A stretch of 64,000 nucleotides of DNA from Psammoneis japonica (lineage: Eukaryota): contig QPGO01000007.1 of the NCBI GenBank assembly GCA_008632985.1, positions 310,001 to 374,000 of the forward strand, read 5' to 3'. The notes beneath the pieces are model-generated. The model was not told the DNA's origin and searched no databases. It was given only the letters and a program-made list of their open reading frames with translations. The position numbers and the translations under genes were made by a program. This document shows positions 11,850-25,740 of this stretch, one piece after another (positions within the stretch are counted from its first letter, which is position 1; each line of letters begins with the position of its first letter).

Positions 11850-14800
11850 TTGTCCCTGACAGCAAGAGGCAAATCTTGAGACAATGCACAAGGACAATGA
11901 CCACAAGGCAACATTTCAACATGGGGATGAAGAAAGCAGACAATTGCAGAAAAAGAAATTTCCAGATGTTGCTGCAGCATGTTGCATGCAAGGACAAAGT
12001 GCTTTTGCTCATGAGTTTGTTGCAGGACAAGGGCAATGGTTCATGACATCCAATTGGAGACAAGAAGTGACAATGTCCAAACTGTGCATCCAACTGATGT
12101 TCTGGCTCTCCATTCTTGGCAGGTGCATGTTATGAAAAGTTTGCCCTGCAATTGCATGAGCCAGAACAAAAGCAAAACAGGCATTGTGCATCATGCTGTG
12201 TCTCAGGAAGCAAGCATCTCAGAGGGGGCATCAAGATCCTGCCATCATTGTGCACCAAATTTTCTAAATCCAAAGTGCACTGGCCCTCTGGTGATTCACC
12301 ATGTGCAAATTCTTCAGTCCCCTCAGGTCAACAAGGTGGACATCAAGTTGGTTTTTGATCCAACACACCTCCTGGCCATGTTCAGTCACCACTGGGCAAC
12401 AAGGAAACTTTCAGTCCCCTCAAGTCAACAAGGCAGACATCAAGTTGGTTTTTGATCCAACACACCTCCTGGCCATGTTTGGTCACCACCGGGCAACAAG
12501 GAACCCCAGTGACCTGCAAGGAACCCACTTGGGAAAGGGAACTGGGTGGGGCTAACCCCAGTCACCACAGATGCTGTGGAGGATCATTCACATGACCCCA
12601 CCTTGCTTTGTGCCTCTGCACATGATCTCAGCAGCAAGATCAGCTGGATTGGTGTGCTCCAATCAAATGTGTCCAGCAAGTGATTCTCCCATCACCACTG
12701 ACTCCCTGATGGCATGACAACAAATGGAGCTCAACTTCTTCTTTGCAATGGGCTCTGGACTTTGTGCATTGTGGACAACCAGCATCTTGTCTCCACAGAC
12801 ACAAGAGGGTCTGGACAATGGCACACCCATCATCCACAACTTGTGTCACAAACTGTGCAAAGCCTCCATGCCTGGCTTCATGGTCTCAAAACTTGACACC
12901 ATGGACCAAGGTTTTGACAGTGCTCTGGTGCTTGGAAAGCCATGCCACCAGGGCCATGTTTAAAGAAGCAAAGCAACCACAGAGTGGGTGCCCAGTTGTC
13001 TTGTCATTCATGTGATCCAAGTCAACAAACAGCTGCAAATCAACCTCCTTTCCCAGGGCTTGAGGTGTGCTTTGCTTGGGATTGCCTCCCAAGTGTCCCT
13101 GCAAAATGACCCTCTTTTCAGGCACAAGGCAGCAGGTGTGCTGTGTTGCAGGTGGGCACATGACCAAACCCCTGTGACTTTGATGTGTGCAAGTGTGGCA
13201 GTGCACAAGAGACAAGAATCACATTTGCTCTCTCAACACTGAATGATTTGGAGGTTCTTGATGTCTGCTGCCTCAAAGAGCAAAAAGACAAGGACCACAA
13301 CTCTGGTGGGTCCTGAGTTTGGACCAGATGCAAGATGAAGGTGGTTGTCCAAAGAGCACTGTGTGGTCTCAAAAGTGCAGTTGTGTCTTTCAAGAATGAC
13401 CCAGCCAGATGTGTTGCTCCAACAAGAGGTCAAGCTTGAAGATGGCTTTTGGTGCTTTGCCTCCTGTGCACTGATGTGTGTCAATGATGTGCTGATGGTG
13501 CACCACTGCACCACATGACAGCATTGAAGGAGCTCAACCAGTGCTCAAGATGAAGCCCAGCTCTGCCATTTGCCCTGAAACACACCTTGGAGCTGAGGCT
13601 TGCCATGTCCAGCTCCCAATTGAGTGTGTGCCTGGGAAATGAGCTCCAGCAAGTGTGCTCAATGGGCTGTCAATGGCACTGAAACCCACTCAGATAAAAA
13701 GAGCCAGAACAAGCACTGCCATGCAGGGCAACAACGCCCATTCTTGGAGAGTGCCTGTTGCCCAGAGGTGGGTGCTTTGCCCAAGCTCAGCATGGAGGAT
13801 GCCCAACTCCACCAGTCACAGGAGGCAGGTGCACCACTGTTGTGGATTGTGGAACTTGGGCATGTGGATGTCATCACAGAAGTTTCCAAGTTGGCCTCAT
13901 TCTTGGTGGTGATGCTGCAGGAGGGTCACCTGGAGGCAGTCCCACATGTGTGTGGATGCTTGAAAGTGAGGGACAATGCCAGGCTGGGTTTGACCTGACT
14001 TTCCTGGGAACAAACATGTCCAATTTCACAGAGTGTGGCTGTGAGTCTTGCAGCTTCACACTGAAGACCAAGTGGCATTTGGTGTGTTGGCATCCTGCTG
14101 ATTTCTTGTCTTTGTCTGTGACCTTGAGCACCTGTTTGACAGTGTTGATTTTTTTGTCAATTGCACTCTGCCATTGATGGCCCCATTGGCCTTGTCAATT
14201 TTGATGGCTTCCCCATGAGTTTTGGGAATCCTTGCTCTTTGTGAGTCTGCTTGCAACAGTGCTTGTTTGCTGTGGCCAAAACCTTGGCATTTCTTGAAAA
14301 AAGAAAGATCCAACTTTAAGTGCCATGACTCCATTGCCAGCCACCAAGCCAGCACCAGCCAACCCACACTTCCAGTGCAATGTAAAGTGTGCAGAAGCTT
14401 GCAAGGGTCAGCCCAGATTGCTGCCACCTTGCAGTGATGCCCACCTGAGGCAACTGGGAATGATGAAATGACACTTTGTAGGTTGGCTCTGGCAACACAA
14501 CAGCAAAGGACACTTGCACTTAGAACTTGGTTTAAGATCAGCAAAAGAAATGAGATGGGAACACAGCTGCCAAACCACTGGCTTGCACTCATCAAAAAGA
14601 GGCCACTTTCACTCCTCCAAGCACTGTGACAAGAACAGCAGAAAGATTGCTGCGTGAAGCAGGGAGCTCAATTTGCCAGCAAGCAAGGAAGGGGTTGTTC
14701 TTGTCCAGGGCTGGAAGGTGAGAAAAAGAAGTGCTTGACAATGTGACAAGTTGGTTGTCAGAAAAAAATGTTCATCTCACATGGAAACAACACCAGAGTT

Positions 14801-17800
14801 TTCACAGAAATGCCAGTGCATGCAGCACATGGATGCCTGTCAAATGGCGTCAACGGATGACTCATGTTCATGCTCGTGTGTGCCTCAAGGGAGAGGTGAC
14901 ACTTTCGCTGCTCAGAGTGAAGAACTTGACAGGCCAACAGGGAGAGAAAAGATTGTTAAGGACAGATTGGTGTGGATGAGAGCAGGTCTGTAATTTGATT
15001 GTTTAAGCCACATTGGAGGATGTTTCAGGGCACAAGGAATTTGCACTGAAACCTGCATGGAAATGATGCTGAGTTGGCAGAAAATTGTGAAAAAATCTCA
15101 ACAGGCTTGCAAACCATGAGATGTTGATGCCACTTGCTTTCCACAGGAAAATGTTGCTTTTGTCATGCTGCAACAAGGGTGTGCAAGTGCAGCTGGCAGA
15201 AATTGCCGAAGTGGGATGGTGACACCAAGCAAAATGCCATCTGAGAAGGGTGACATCAGCAAAAGATGGTGCACAAAAACACATGCAGAGGCTGAGGGTG
15301 AGTGGCTGACATCAAAAAGTGTTGGCATTCTTTCTTGAGAGTTGGGGACAACAGATGTCATGTCATGGCAATCTCCTGTTTGCACCATCAGATGTGGGAA
15401 ATTGCTCAGGAAAACATTTTGGATTGTGGTTTTGCAGGAATCTCATGTGTCCCTTGGCATTGCAAACTTGGAACCCTGGGTTGAATTCCCATCTGTCTGC
15501 ACCTGTGCCAGATGCACATGGCACAACTGTCACTTCACAGGTGGGAGGCCCTGCAAGACAATGGGCAGCACAATGTGCAAAGCAGAGCTTTGTGAGCTGA
15601 ATGATTTGTGTTTTTGCTTGTGTGTGTGTCATCAATGTCCAAGTGATTGGCACAAATGAGTGACTGCACATGCCTTTTGTGCACAAAATTTGCACCAGTC
15701 TGCATGCTCAAGGATCAACAAATGAGGTTTCTTCACAAAAACTTCCGGCACCAAGTGAGTTGAAAGTGTCAGAGCCATCATCTAATCACCTCAAATGTTG
15801 GCCATGTCTTTTTGCAAAACATTTGAGCATGGATGTGGCTCATGAAGCAATGCCAGAGTTGACAAAGCAGTGCCATGCTTTGAGAGTTGAACTGGTTTGC
15901 AGCATCCACAAAAACTTCCAAATGTGTTCTTCAGCATCATTTAAAAAAAAAATCAGATGGGTCACATCTGCAAAAATGCTCTTGTCATTTGCCAAAAACC
16001 ATCATTGTCAAACATCAATGTTCGCCAAATTTCACACTGGCAAAAATTGACAGTTCTTGCTTTGTCAGGAGACAAATCCAAACCCATGGGTTGACTTGTT
16101 GTTGACTCTAAACAAGAAACAGCTTTGAGCCATGCAGATTCCATGTCTCAGCATTGAAATTTTGCAATTTGATGTCAGCCACTCTGTCATTGTTGTTTTT
16201 TTTGAGAACACAAGATCTAGAATTTCTGGGTTCTCCAAGATGCCTTGGCCAATTTTCACATTGCACAGCAAATTGGCCTTGACAATGATCGTCAGGGCTT
16301 TGGACATGGGGTGTGGGGAGCCCCCACTTTTTTCCATGTGTCATGCCACACAGGCTCCACATGATGCGCAGCATGCACACCCAATGGCCCAAAAGCTTGA
16401 TCAACCACACACTCTCACACCACACTCATTGTGTGCTGACCACATTTGCAAATGCACAGTGGGGCCCTGTGGTGGGGATGCCATCTTTTCCCCTGAAACT
16501 GCCCCACTGCATGCAAAGGCCTGACAATGATCTCATGTTTTGGACTCTTGTCTTGCACCCCAAAGAAGCATGAGCTTCAGACTTGCCTGTTGCCTCAAGC
16601 AGCAGGAGCCAACCATCTTTTGCAGCAGTCCTGCCCTGGATTTTGTGCGTTGCTGCAGCTCAGCCAAGTCATTGACACAAAAGCCATTGACAACATGACT
16701 GCCATCATGATGCTTTCTTTTTGGTGTGGCCTGGCTCCCCCCCCCAAAAAAAAGACTGCTGCAATCTTCACAGAGTCACAGACATGCCAAGAAGTGTGGC
16801 ACACCCCCAGGTCTGTGCCCAGCACTGGCCTTTGTTGCAAGCCAAATGCTGCACCTGCAAGCATGTGGCACATTGCACAACGCTCCTCAGTTCTTTGAAC
16901 ATTGCCAACATCTCTCTGCACTGTGGGCAGCCAGTGCTGTGGCACATTTGTGCACCCATGTTGATGTGGACACCGCTCAACTCTTGGGCTGCTGCACTCT
17001 GACAAAATGCTCCACTGGCATCTCCAGCTGCAAGCAGAGCTGACCCTCACAACTTTTTGCATGAGCTGTGCTTGCTGTCAACCTGCCCAGTGCAGATGAA
17101 CCGGGTGCCCCCCACAACCCTGCACCAAAACACAGCATGGTTTGGAGTTGTCTTGTGGTCATTTTTTGAGAGCAGCTCTTGTTTGGAGAGTGAGCTGGAC
17201 AGCACTTGGCTCTGATTTGCTGAGATCAAGGTCATCACTTTCTTTGTTGGAATCCATTTCCACCAACAGCTCCATGGCTGCTGGTGCTGTGAATGGATCA
17301 ACAGAATCTTTTGCATTGACAAAGTTTGGCCAGCAGTCGTTTTGGGTTTTTTGACCCAGTTCTTGATGGGGAGTCTGCTGCAGCCCCCCTCTTTCTTGGC
17401 ATCCAGTGCTGTGATTGTTGCAGGCAAACTTGGCATTGATGGGGGATGCCATTGGTTTTTGCATTTCAGGAAGCACTCAGTCAACAACAGCACATGTCTT
17501 TGGACAAATCTTGGTGCTGTTGTGGGGTGCTGTGCCAACAAAGCCATTGACAAAAGCCCAAACAGCTTTGTGTTTGCAGCACAAGGAAGATGCCTGTGCA
17601 AAGAGTGTGCATCATTGTTGTTGTTGGTGGTGGTGCTCATGCCAAAAAGGCTCACTTCCTTGAACAAAAGAGCAGCGACCACAAAGGGAGTCTTGGAAAT
17701 TCCTTCCGCAACTCCCTTGGCCAATGATGTGGTGCAGTTCATCATGCTTTTTTCTGTGATTTTGGCTTCAAGCCAATGGCCAGTGCTTTTGACATGATTC

Positions 17801-18500
17801 CGGCATTGTGGATTTTGCATGTCACTTGCATCTTGGCTGCTGGGCAACTCCAAAGTGAGGGGGGCACTGGAGACGTGATCAGAGCAGCTTCTCAAAAAGC
17901 AAGACAGTCAGCCCAGCTTCAGCAGCAAACATCATTGCTCATCATTGTGGCCACAAATTGTCATTTTGGGTTTCAGCTGATGCTGCCACATAATGAGAGT
18001 CATGGCAAGCCTGGCTTGTCCTTTGGTGGCAGGTTTTTTGAATTTGCAGTGCTGGCCACCCATCTTCCATTCACCAGAACTTTTGCACACTTTGGAGCAC
18101 ACAAGTTTTGTGTGTGTTTGTGCAACTTCAACCATTTCCTCCCAAAGTGGTGCACAAATGGCCACATTTTGCATTTGGCCCTGACCTTTTGTGAGCTCAA
18201 AGCATGCGGTCATTGCCCAAAGAAAATGCATTTCTCCAGAGTTCAATTTCACACTCATGTTGAAATTGCCAAATGCAAAATGAATGTGAGTGCATGCTGC
18301 AGTGCTGACGCCAAACAGCTGGCTGTGTTGGGATGCCCTGCTGACCCCAGCCACATGGAACAGCCCTGTGGCTGTGGGTGGAAGTGTCCACATCCCAAAA
18401 AGCAGAACAATCATCTGAAACCACCCAACAATGTCTGCTCCATGTTTGGAGCAACAAGAGACAACAACAATGGCACATGACAAAATGGCAGACTGATTTA
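11850..18500 (-). mobile_element. Decayed Ty1/Copia (CoDi-type) LTR retrotransposon, rearranged, with an inverted block at about 13275-14050
   Basis: RT/RNaseH remnants LGKEVDLQLFVDLDH...AWLSKHQSTVKT and ELGHVDVITEVSKLAS...GHLEAVPHVCGCLK; colinear similarity to 60640-64000. Boundaries are approximate and other fragments are interspersed (about 14600-15700 unassigned). Confidence 0.75.
12313..12503. repeat. Tandem duplication of about 97 bp
   Basis: ttcagtcccctca.gtcaacaagg..gacatcaagttggtttttgatccaacacacctcctggccatgtt occurs twice in a row; there is a single copy in the homologous element near 61083. Confidence 0.85.
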
Positions 18501-18639
18501 ACAGGAGAGTTGCCCCTGCAACACAAAAACACAATTTGCCAAATGTTTTGAGCAAAGGTTGGGAATTGTGGAATGGGAGAGTCAGAGAGGCAGGAAAAAA
18601 TCAGAATGGGACATGCAACATGGAGCAGAAGGATGGGAG

Positions 18640-19200
18640 ACAGAGGAAGAAGAAGAAGAAGAAGAAGAAGGGGGGGCTGGAAGTTCAGACAGATGGAGGG
18701 ACAGAAGTTTCAGGAGGCCAAGCCAGGAAGGATTGGCAGGTGGCAAGGTGATTGGTGGAAAAGGTGAGACCAAAGTTGAGGCTCAAGAGCTGGGTGGCCT
18801 GAGATTGAGGGGTGTGGAGGTGTGGCAGGAAGAGCCAAAACAGTCAGGAGAGAGTTGTTTCCAGGCAAAATTGGTTTGGATGAGAAGGCACATTGGAGAG
18901 AAGAGGGAAAATTGGCAGGCTGCAAAAGAGGCATTGGAGTTTGAAAAGTCAGTGGGGACATTCCAGGGGGCATGGGATGAGGCAGCGGGATGGAGGAGGA
19001 GGTGTCATGAGAAAATCCACAGAAAAAGACATGGAACATCAACAGCAATGCTTTGGTGCATGGAGGGAGCATTGGGAGGTGTGGAACCAGGAGCAAGCTG
19101 AGTGCCAACATCAGCAGGGTGCTTGAGAGGACAGTCAGGAAGAAGTCCTGGCATGGGCTTGAGGTGTGGACTTCTTGTTGACAAGAGTGGCACAAGCCAC
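18640..19200 (-). repeat. Purine/pyrimidine-skewed dispersed repeat, homologous and inverted to 22900-23480; possibly a non-LTR element 3' region
   Basis: gagagagttgtttccaggc (about 18848) versus reverse complement gagagagttgtttccaagc (about 23178-23196) with colinear flanks; (GAA)n at 18645-18670. Confidence 0.5.
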
Positions 19201-20899
19201 AAAGGGGGCCAAGGGTTTAAAGTGTGGTCCAGACAGTGTTGTGGATGTGGTTTGACAAAGGACCCTCATGCATCTTGGAGCAAAAGCGTGGTCACCAAAG
19301 GGTGTCAGAGTGAAAATGACCACATGGGGGCAAGGAAGAGGCCATTGGCTGGGGGAGAGAACTGGGAAGCAGAGCTTGTGGAGGAGGAGAGTGAATTGGG
19401 TGGAAGAGAGACAGTTGCTTGGTCATGCATCGTGTCATGCCCGCCTGCCTGGCTTGGGAGGTCCACAGAAATTGTGTGGAAAATTTAACTGGCCAAACTG
19501 AAAAGTGCAATGCTCTGTGGGGAGCAGTGCTCATGACAGCAAGAATTCTTTTTTTCTGTTTTCCGGTTTTCTCCTCTGGCGTTTGTGTTGTGTGTGTGCA
19601 TCTTTTCATCTTGAGAAGCACGGCACTTGCATGACACTGCATGACACATGCTTCTCAACACACCACCATTGTTGTGCCATTTGACTGCATTGCAACCACG
19701 TGGCCCTGCCAAAACTGTGTGTCAGGGATCAAACAGCAGCAGGACCATGTGAAATTGGGCCAACTGAGTTCTGTGCACAAGCTCCTCTGCAGCAAAATCT
19801 TCAGGTGACAAACAGAAATTATCAATTGCCAATGGAAAAGGAGAGGAGGCACCAATTTTGCAATCGAGCAACAAATTGTCCATGCTTGAAGCATGCCCAT
19901 TGTTCTTCAAACATTGAAGAAAACACCCAGCCTGATCATTGACCCTGCTCAGACAAGCATGATCTTTGACCCTGCTCAGACAAGCATGACGTGCTGTGCC
20001 ATCTTGCATGTTCACATCAAGGCAAGGGGTGGAAAACACAAATTGTTGCACCTGTGCATCAAAACGAGCATCCTTGATGGATCATTTTTCTTGCACCAGT
20101 TGTTTCTTGTTGGCAGAGACACCTTTGCGTTTTGCCTTCTTTCCCCACAATGCTGTTGTTCTCGGCGGCGGCGGCATGGGTGCTACCCAAGAAGAAGGAC
20201 TCATGACAAAGGCCAAGCCATCATGTGCCGCAACTGACAGAATGGCAAGAAGGGCACAAGGTGGCCACCATGGTGAAAAAGCCACAGTCATTGCAGCAAA
20301 GAGGAGACGCCAACCAAAGAGTGGGCGAAAGAAAGAACAATGAGCGGCGAGGGTTGCATCGTTGGGGTCGCAAAATGGGCAAATGTGATGTGCAGCCCTT
20401 GTCCTCAGTGGGCATGTGAATGAATGTCCTGCTTCATTTCCCCTCCATTGGCATTGTGGGTGTGGTGACGTGCCTCCTGCATGTGGGGTGCTGCAGGAAG
20501 GATGGACTGACTGTCAACTGGTGGCACGTTCTTGCTGGGTTGGAGTGCAGCACTGCTGGAGTACGAAGCAATGCATGCAGTGCAAAAGATTCCATGTTTC
20601 CGAATTGCAATGCCCACCCGCCCCCCCCCAAGCACCTTCTTTGACGCCATCTTTGGGAGGGGAGGTGACCTCGTCCGGCACCAACAAGGGCATTGGGAGC
20701 ACGACAGAGGCTGGCAAAAACCAATCATCACCATGGTGCAAGAGGCATGTCCGGATTCCAAAGTCGTGCATCTGCCGAAGTTCTCTCCTGATGAATTACC
20801 ATGCCAGGCACCTGGTGTTGAATCTGACGTTTCCATGCAAGATGAAAGACGGGGAGACGGTGCGCACCAAAGTGACAAGTTAAGTTCAAGATCAGAAGT

Positions 20900-21580
20900 G
20901 CCAAGAACCATGAAAACATCAAGATGTTGCTCCACCTTGGCGACAAGAAGTTGCAAGAACTCATGGACTACAATGAATTGTCAGATGTGGTTGAAGATCT
21001 CAAGCATGAGGACAATGCAGCTGATCTGTCATGGACATTTCAAGACGTGCTCAAACACCAAGGACCTTTGAAGAAAGGTGATCCCAGACGCAACACAAGT
21101 TCATGGAATGTCAAGGTGAAATGGGATGCCGGTGAAGAGACTTGGGAACCTTTCAACATTGTGATTGAGCAGACCCTGTCACGTTGGCGGCGTGCACTCG
21201 TGATCATGGATTGCTCAACGTTCCTGGATGGAAACGTTGAAGCGGTGCTTCAAGTGCTCAGACTTGCCAAGAAGCTCGCACTGTGACAAATGCTGCAAAG
21301 AAGTTGAAGAACAATCAAGTTCACTGCAAGTTTGGTGTGTTTGCATTCCACGCATTTTTTGTGAAGCCAAGATGCTCAATGAAGAGAATGGCAACACAAA
21401 ATGGCAAGATGCCATCAAGGCCGAGATTGCTCAGTTGATGGAGTGTTCTACCTTCCATGACTTGGGCTGTGCAGCCATGACACCTGAAGGATGTCAGCAC
21501 ATCCAATGTCAACTAGAATTCAACGTCAAGCAGTCCCTGAAGCACAAAGCAAGATTCGCTGCATGGGGAGATGTGACTAA
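20900..21580 (+). mobile_element. Copia (CoDi-type) pol fragment: chromo-like segment and RT start
   Basis: VLKHQGPLKKGDP...WNVKVKWDAGEETWEP; IPR..EAKMLNEENGNTKWQDAIKAEIAQLMECSTF...PEGCQHI...FNVKQSLKHKARF. Confidence 0.75.
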
Positions 21581-21741
21581 CAACACAGCAACCCACGGCA
21601 ATAAATGACAATGACATGAACAAACAACAACGCAACCAATGGAGATGATGGCGCCGGTGAAGATTGCTGTAGAAGAGGACAAACTGTTTTTGTTAGACCA
21701 GGAGAATCTTTCAAAATGTCTCACCGTCGGAGCTTGATTGA

Positions 21742-21851
21742 CAGCAAAGGGTTTCAGATTGATCGGATTGAATTGGTTGAGAGTGGCAGACAATGCATGC
21801 TGGGCCCACTGCAACAGGCTTTTTTGGGGGTGTTTTGGCGGAGAGAACGAC
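21742..21851 (+). repeat. 110-bp dispersed repeat, mutated copy of 27641-27750
   Basis: Direct alignment with 27641-27750; TA and CG sites of that copy are replaced by TG or CA here. Confidence 0.9.
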
Positions 21852-21879
21852 AACCAAGAAGCAAAAAACAAGGCAACCT

Positions 21880-22620
21880 CTCATGAAATTTGACTCCAGC
21901 TTGTTTTGTTCTCTCACTGAAATGCCGAGGCCAGAAGTCAAAGATGCCTCACATGGTGCAGCACACGTTGCTTTTAATGCAGACACACCTCTGCTTTTGT
22001 CGGTTGAAGATCCTGTTGGTGAACTTTGCACCAGAATTGCTTTTGCAGCATTAAAAGAATGGCAGAGACCCAATGACAAGAAGGGGTTCCCAATGTTCTT
22101 GAAGAACAACAGAGTTGGTCCAGAATGGGTTGAAGATTGGCTTGGAGATGAAAAGTGCACTCTGTTTGTGGATGAACTGAATCTGCTCCAGAGACACATT
22201 GGCAAGACTGAAGCAAGTTTCCTCAAGCAACACTTCCTGCTTCAAAACGGAAGGGGGTTGGTCTTCACTTCTCATGTGTGGCGCATTTCGGAAATGACCT
22301 CGCCATCCACCTGTCATCAAACACTGATCTGCCTCTTGTGTCAATTCCACTCCCAATCATGCTGTCGCTGCATGCAGCAAGGCGTGCCTTTGGCACAAAT
22401 GACTTGTTGGCACAGGGTGCCCTTTTTCTGGGATTGATTCCAGGGCTGATTGTTGAGTGGAAGATGCACCGAGGACCAATGGAGCACCAAATTGCCACTG
22501 TTTTGAGGTTCCTTGGTGCACTTCAAAGCCAGCAAGACATTTGCAGGCTGCTGAGCTCTGTTTTGACAGGTGCGGGCGTCAGAAAGCATGTGGAAGAGCT
22601 GATGACTGTCACATCGTGGC
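21880..22620 (+). pseudogene. Decayed Crinkler/RHS-type P-loop NTPase fragment
   Basis: ELCTRIAFAAL...WVEDWLGDEKCTLFVDELNLL (Walker B-like)...FLKQHFL...LVFTSHV, then LSLHAARRAF...FLGLIPGLI in a shifted frame; no Tyr. Confidence 0.45.
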
Positions 22621-22899
22621 ACACTGTTGGCGATGTGGAACTTGACAACTTCTTCGCAGTCTCAGCAAAGTGCTGTTCTGCAAAGCAATGGAGAATGCTG
22701 CAAAAAGAGGTGCAGAGAGTCCATCAACAAGTGAATTCGGAGTGCACATGGTGGACTGTGTGTGACAAGTGCCACTGTGCTTGTTGTTGCAGAAGCAGCC
22801 AAAGCACACTCAGGCAAGCGGCGATCCTTGTGAGCAAAGGAATTGCAACAAACAGACAAGCGCAGGCTGGCCCCAGCTGCAGGGCATGACTGATCACTT

Positions 22900-23480
22900 C
22901 CAGAGTGCTTCATCATTGCCAGCAGCCTGACAATCTGCCTTCATGCCATGGCCTCCATTTGGATGAAATGAACTTGTTTGGGTGTCTGTCCACTGACACC
23001 ACACATGTCTGTCAGTCGACCACTGCCTCCCCTTCCACCACATCCTCCTCCATCCCACCCCTTCCTCCCAAACCACCCTGGACAAGTCCCTCCTCCTTTC
23101 CCAACTCTCAAGCATCCTTTTCTGCCTTCACCAACTCACTTCTCGCGCCCTCTGACCTCCTTGCCAACTCCAACGCGGCTTGGAAACAACTCTCTCAAGA
23201 CCGCTTCGGCTCCTCACACCACACTTCAACCCCTCCACTCTGGGCCTCTCAAATCCTCAGTCTCAACTTCGGCTTTGCTCTGTCCACCCATCTTTCCACA
23301 TGTCAAGCTCTTCTCCTCTGCCACCCTGCTGTCACCAACACCTCCTCTCAACTGTCTGTCCGTACTCTCGGCCCACCCATTTTCTCTCCATCTGTCCGCT
23401 GCTCTGGAGCTCCAGCAGCGCACTTCGCGCAACCCTCCCGCCACACATTTCACCTCTTCCACACCATGGACACTCTAATC
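22900..23480 (+). repeat. C/T-rich dispersed repeat, homologous and inverted to 18640-19200
   Basis: See 18640-19200; the reading AAWKQLSQDRFGSSHHTSTPPLWASQILSLNF is weakly reminiscent of non-LTR C-termini. Confidence 0.45.
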
Positions 23481-24191
23481 ACTTGTGAGTTAGCTGTGCA
23501 GGGCTGGTTGGTTGTGCATGTTTGGGTTCGATGTGACCGTCCAACTGGCCATGCCCTGCAGGAAAAGCTGTTGGTGGCGCGGGAGCAGAGGCAACAAAGC
23601 AAAAAACACGGCATCAAAACGTTGTAAAATAACGCGACAACAAGCAGTGAGAAGAAACCCAACTTGACCCATGAATACAGTGCATAAATATTGTCCAATA
23701 GATTTGATCTTATCTTGAAATACCAGCTGGTAGATAAGTGAACGGCGTTCGCGTTGCTCGCCATGGTGTTGTTGTGCGTTATCGTGAGGCTGCCGCTGTT
23801 GATTGCGCGCGAAGAACGGAGATCTATTTTGCCCATAGTGACTCTGTTTTTTCAATAGTCGATGTTTCCCTATACACAATCTGTCCATAATTTGAGAAGC
23901 GCTTCGCGACAACCCTGTTCGCACCGTTAAATTAACAAAATTTTTTTTATAAAGATTTCAGAGTTCTTTTGGGGTGTTCTGTCACACTTTTGAGTTGGTA
24001 TATATGTGTATTAGAGGCATGAGTAAATTCAATGATATGTAATAGCCTCAGAGACCAACATAAATTTATGTTCCATGTAGACCGCGTAGATTCTGTACCG
24101 GCGAAAATCCACCGCCTGTCAACTCATCAGTAGTAATTCTACGTATACAGTACGGTATTCTACTTATACACCTCACACACGCACACATAGC

Positions 24192-25740
24192 CAAGGATTT
24201 ATAAGTCTGTCAGGATGTACAAGCTCCGGTACAAATCTACGCACGAGCCTGTTGCCATGCGTGGTACGAACACCGTTAAAATTTGTACTGCGTTTTACGG
24301 CAGTCTACGTAGGGCTTCTGACGGGACGAACATATCATTTATAAATATCCATGCACAAATATCATAGATACCTCGAAGACGAAACGTGATGGAGGGGAGA
24401 AAACAGACGGCACACGAAACGTGATGGAGGGGGGATAACAGACGGCACGAAATGTGATGGTGCGGGCGGTGGCGTACGGTACGTGGATGAAGACAGAGAC
24501 GAAATGGAATTTCAAATATGGTAGCTCTAAAATCTGCCGCCGATTGCCAATCAACCCAATGACTGATTGATTGTTGTAACGATGAGTGATGATGTATGCT
24601 GCTGTAGTTTGCCAAATTGTCATGTGTTTCGACAAGCGCTGATTCACGCCAATGATCCACTTTGGGGTCGCCCGCTGGCAAGGATACGCGTGACGCAAAA
24701 CACACGATGCAAGCGTCTCGTCCAAAGCATTGTCCATTACTTGAAGCCCGAGAGAAGCACTAAAATTTTATGCATTGCCCCTCATCACTGGCCAAGAATC
24801 AAAAATAAGACACCACCTAGATGGGAAAGATGGAGATGGAGAATGACATTGTTGGTTTGTTTGTCATGCCGGCACTGTAAATGCATGATGCATCAACACT
24901 GCTTTAAATGTAAACATACCTTTCTTTGGCACACAGCCTTAAGAGTTATCTGCACGAGATTCCAGCCCGCTCGCTCGCATTCCAATCGCAGAGTCTCCAC
25001 GCCACCAAGATTTACCCCAGTTTTCGGTCCCCGAACGAGGGAGTGCTACTAACCGGCACTCGGCAAGGTCATGGACGTCAATGTCCAACCCATTGCACAT
25101 TGTAATTGTCATTATTCGTGAAAGTATCAACTGTAGCTTGCTTGGTTCAGTCCAAAAGAGAGCGTAGGACACACCACAGCCCCGTTCCGACACAAGGAAG
25201 AACATGAGTTGAAAAGAAATGGTGTCGACACCGACACGAAACTATGAGATATTGTTCGTCCGTAGGCGTGATAAGTTGCTCAACAGCTTCTCTATATGAG
25301 TTATAAAGACGAACATGTCAAAGAAAATGAGTGAGATGCCGAAACAAAAGCACAATATAATTCGATTGCGACAGAGAGCGACAATGAGTCTCGAACCGTG
25401 GTGTCAATACAAAATCCTTTTTTCACCTTACAATTGGCCGCTTACCTTCGAAAAAGCAACATAAGCTGTTTCTATATGGAGGTAAAGACTAGTAGATAGC
25501 GTTGGTACTGTTGAAAGGATCGTCAATAGTCTAATAAGCGGCGCTCCGATTATCATGGTGTGTGGTGCTTGATGAATGATGCGCGATCCCTTGAAAAAAT
25601 GAGGATATACAAAATATCCATAAATTAATATACTTTAACGGCGGAGTTCGCACCGTCAAAATTACTTAGAGGCTGTTGACCACGCATGGCAACACGCGTT
25701 CTACGCAGCTTGTACATCCTGACAGACTTATAAATCCTTG
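24192..25740. mobile_element. Young non-autonomous DNA transposon, 1549 bp, perfect 34-bp TIRs and 8-bp TSD (P-element or hAT superfamily)
   Basis: TIR caaggatttataagtctgtcaggatgtacaagct at 24192 and its exact reverse complement ending at 25740; TSD cacatagc at 24184-24191 and 25741-25748; subterminal IR gttgccatgcgtggt / accacgcatggcaac; internal short tandem repeat at about 24380-24460; no transposase ORF. Confidence 0.93.

Noticed and set aside
12313..12503. CRISPR-like repeat-spacer arrays (here, 19935-19990, 24380-24460, 41480-41645)
   Set aside because: These are simple tandem duplications or short motifs without unique spacers, in a eukaryotic context with no cas genes.
14600..15700. 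Possible transposase remnant (DGDTK-like motif near 15214)
   Set aside because: A single short motif in heavily mutated DNA; it cannot be assigned by eye.
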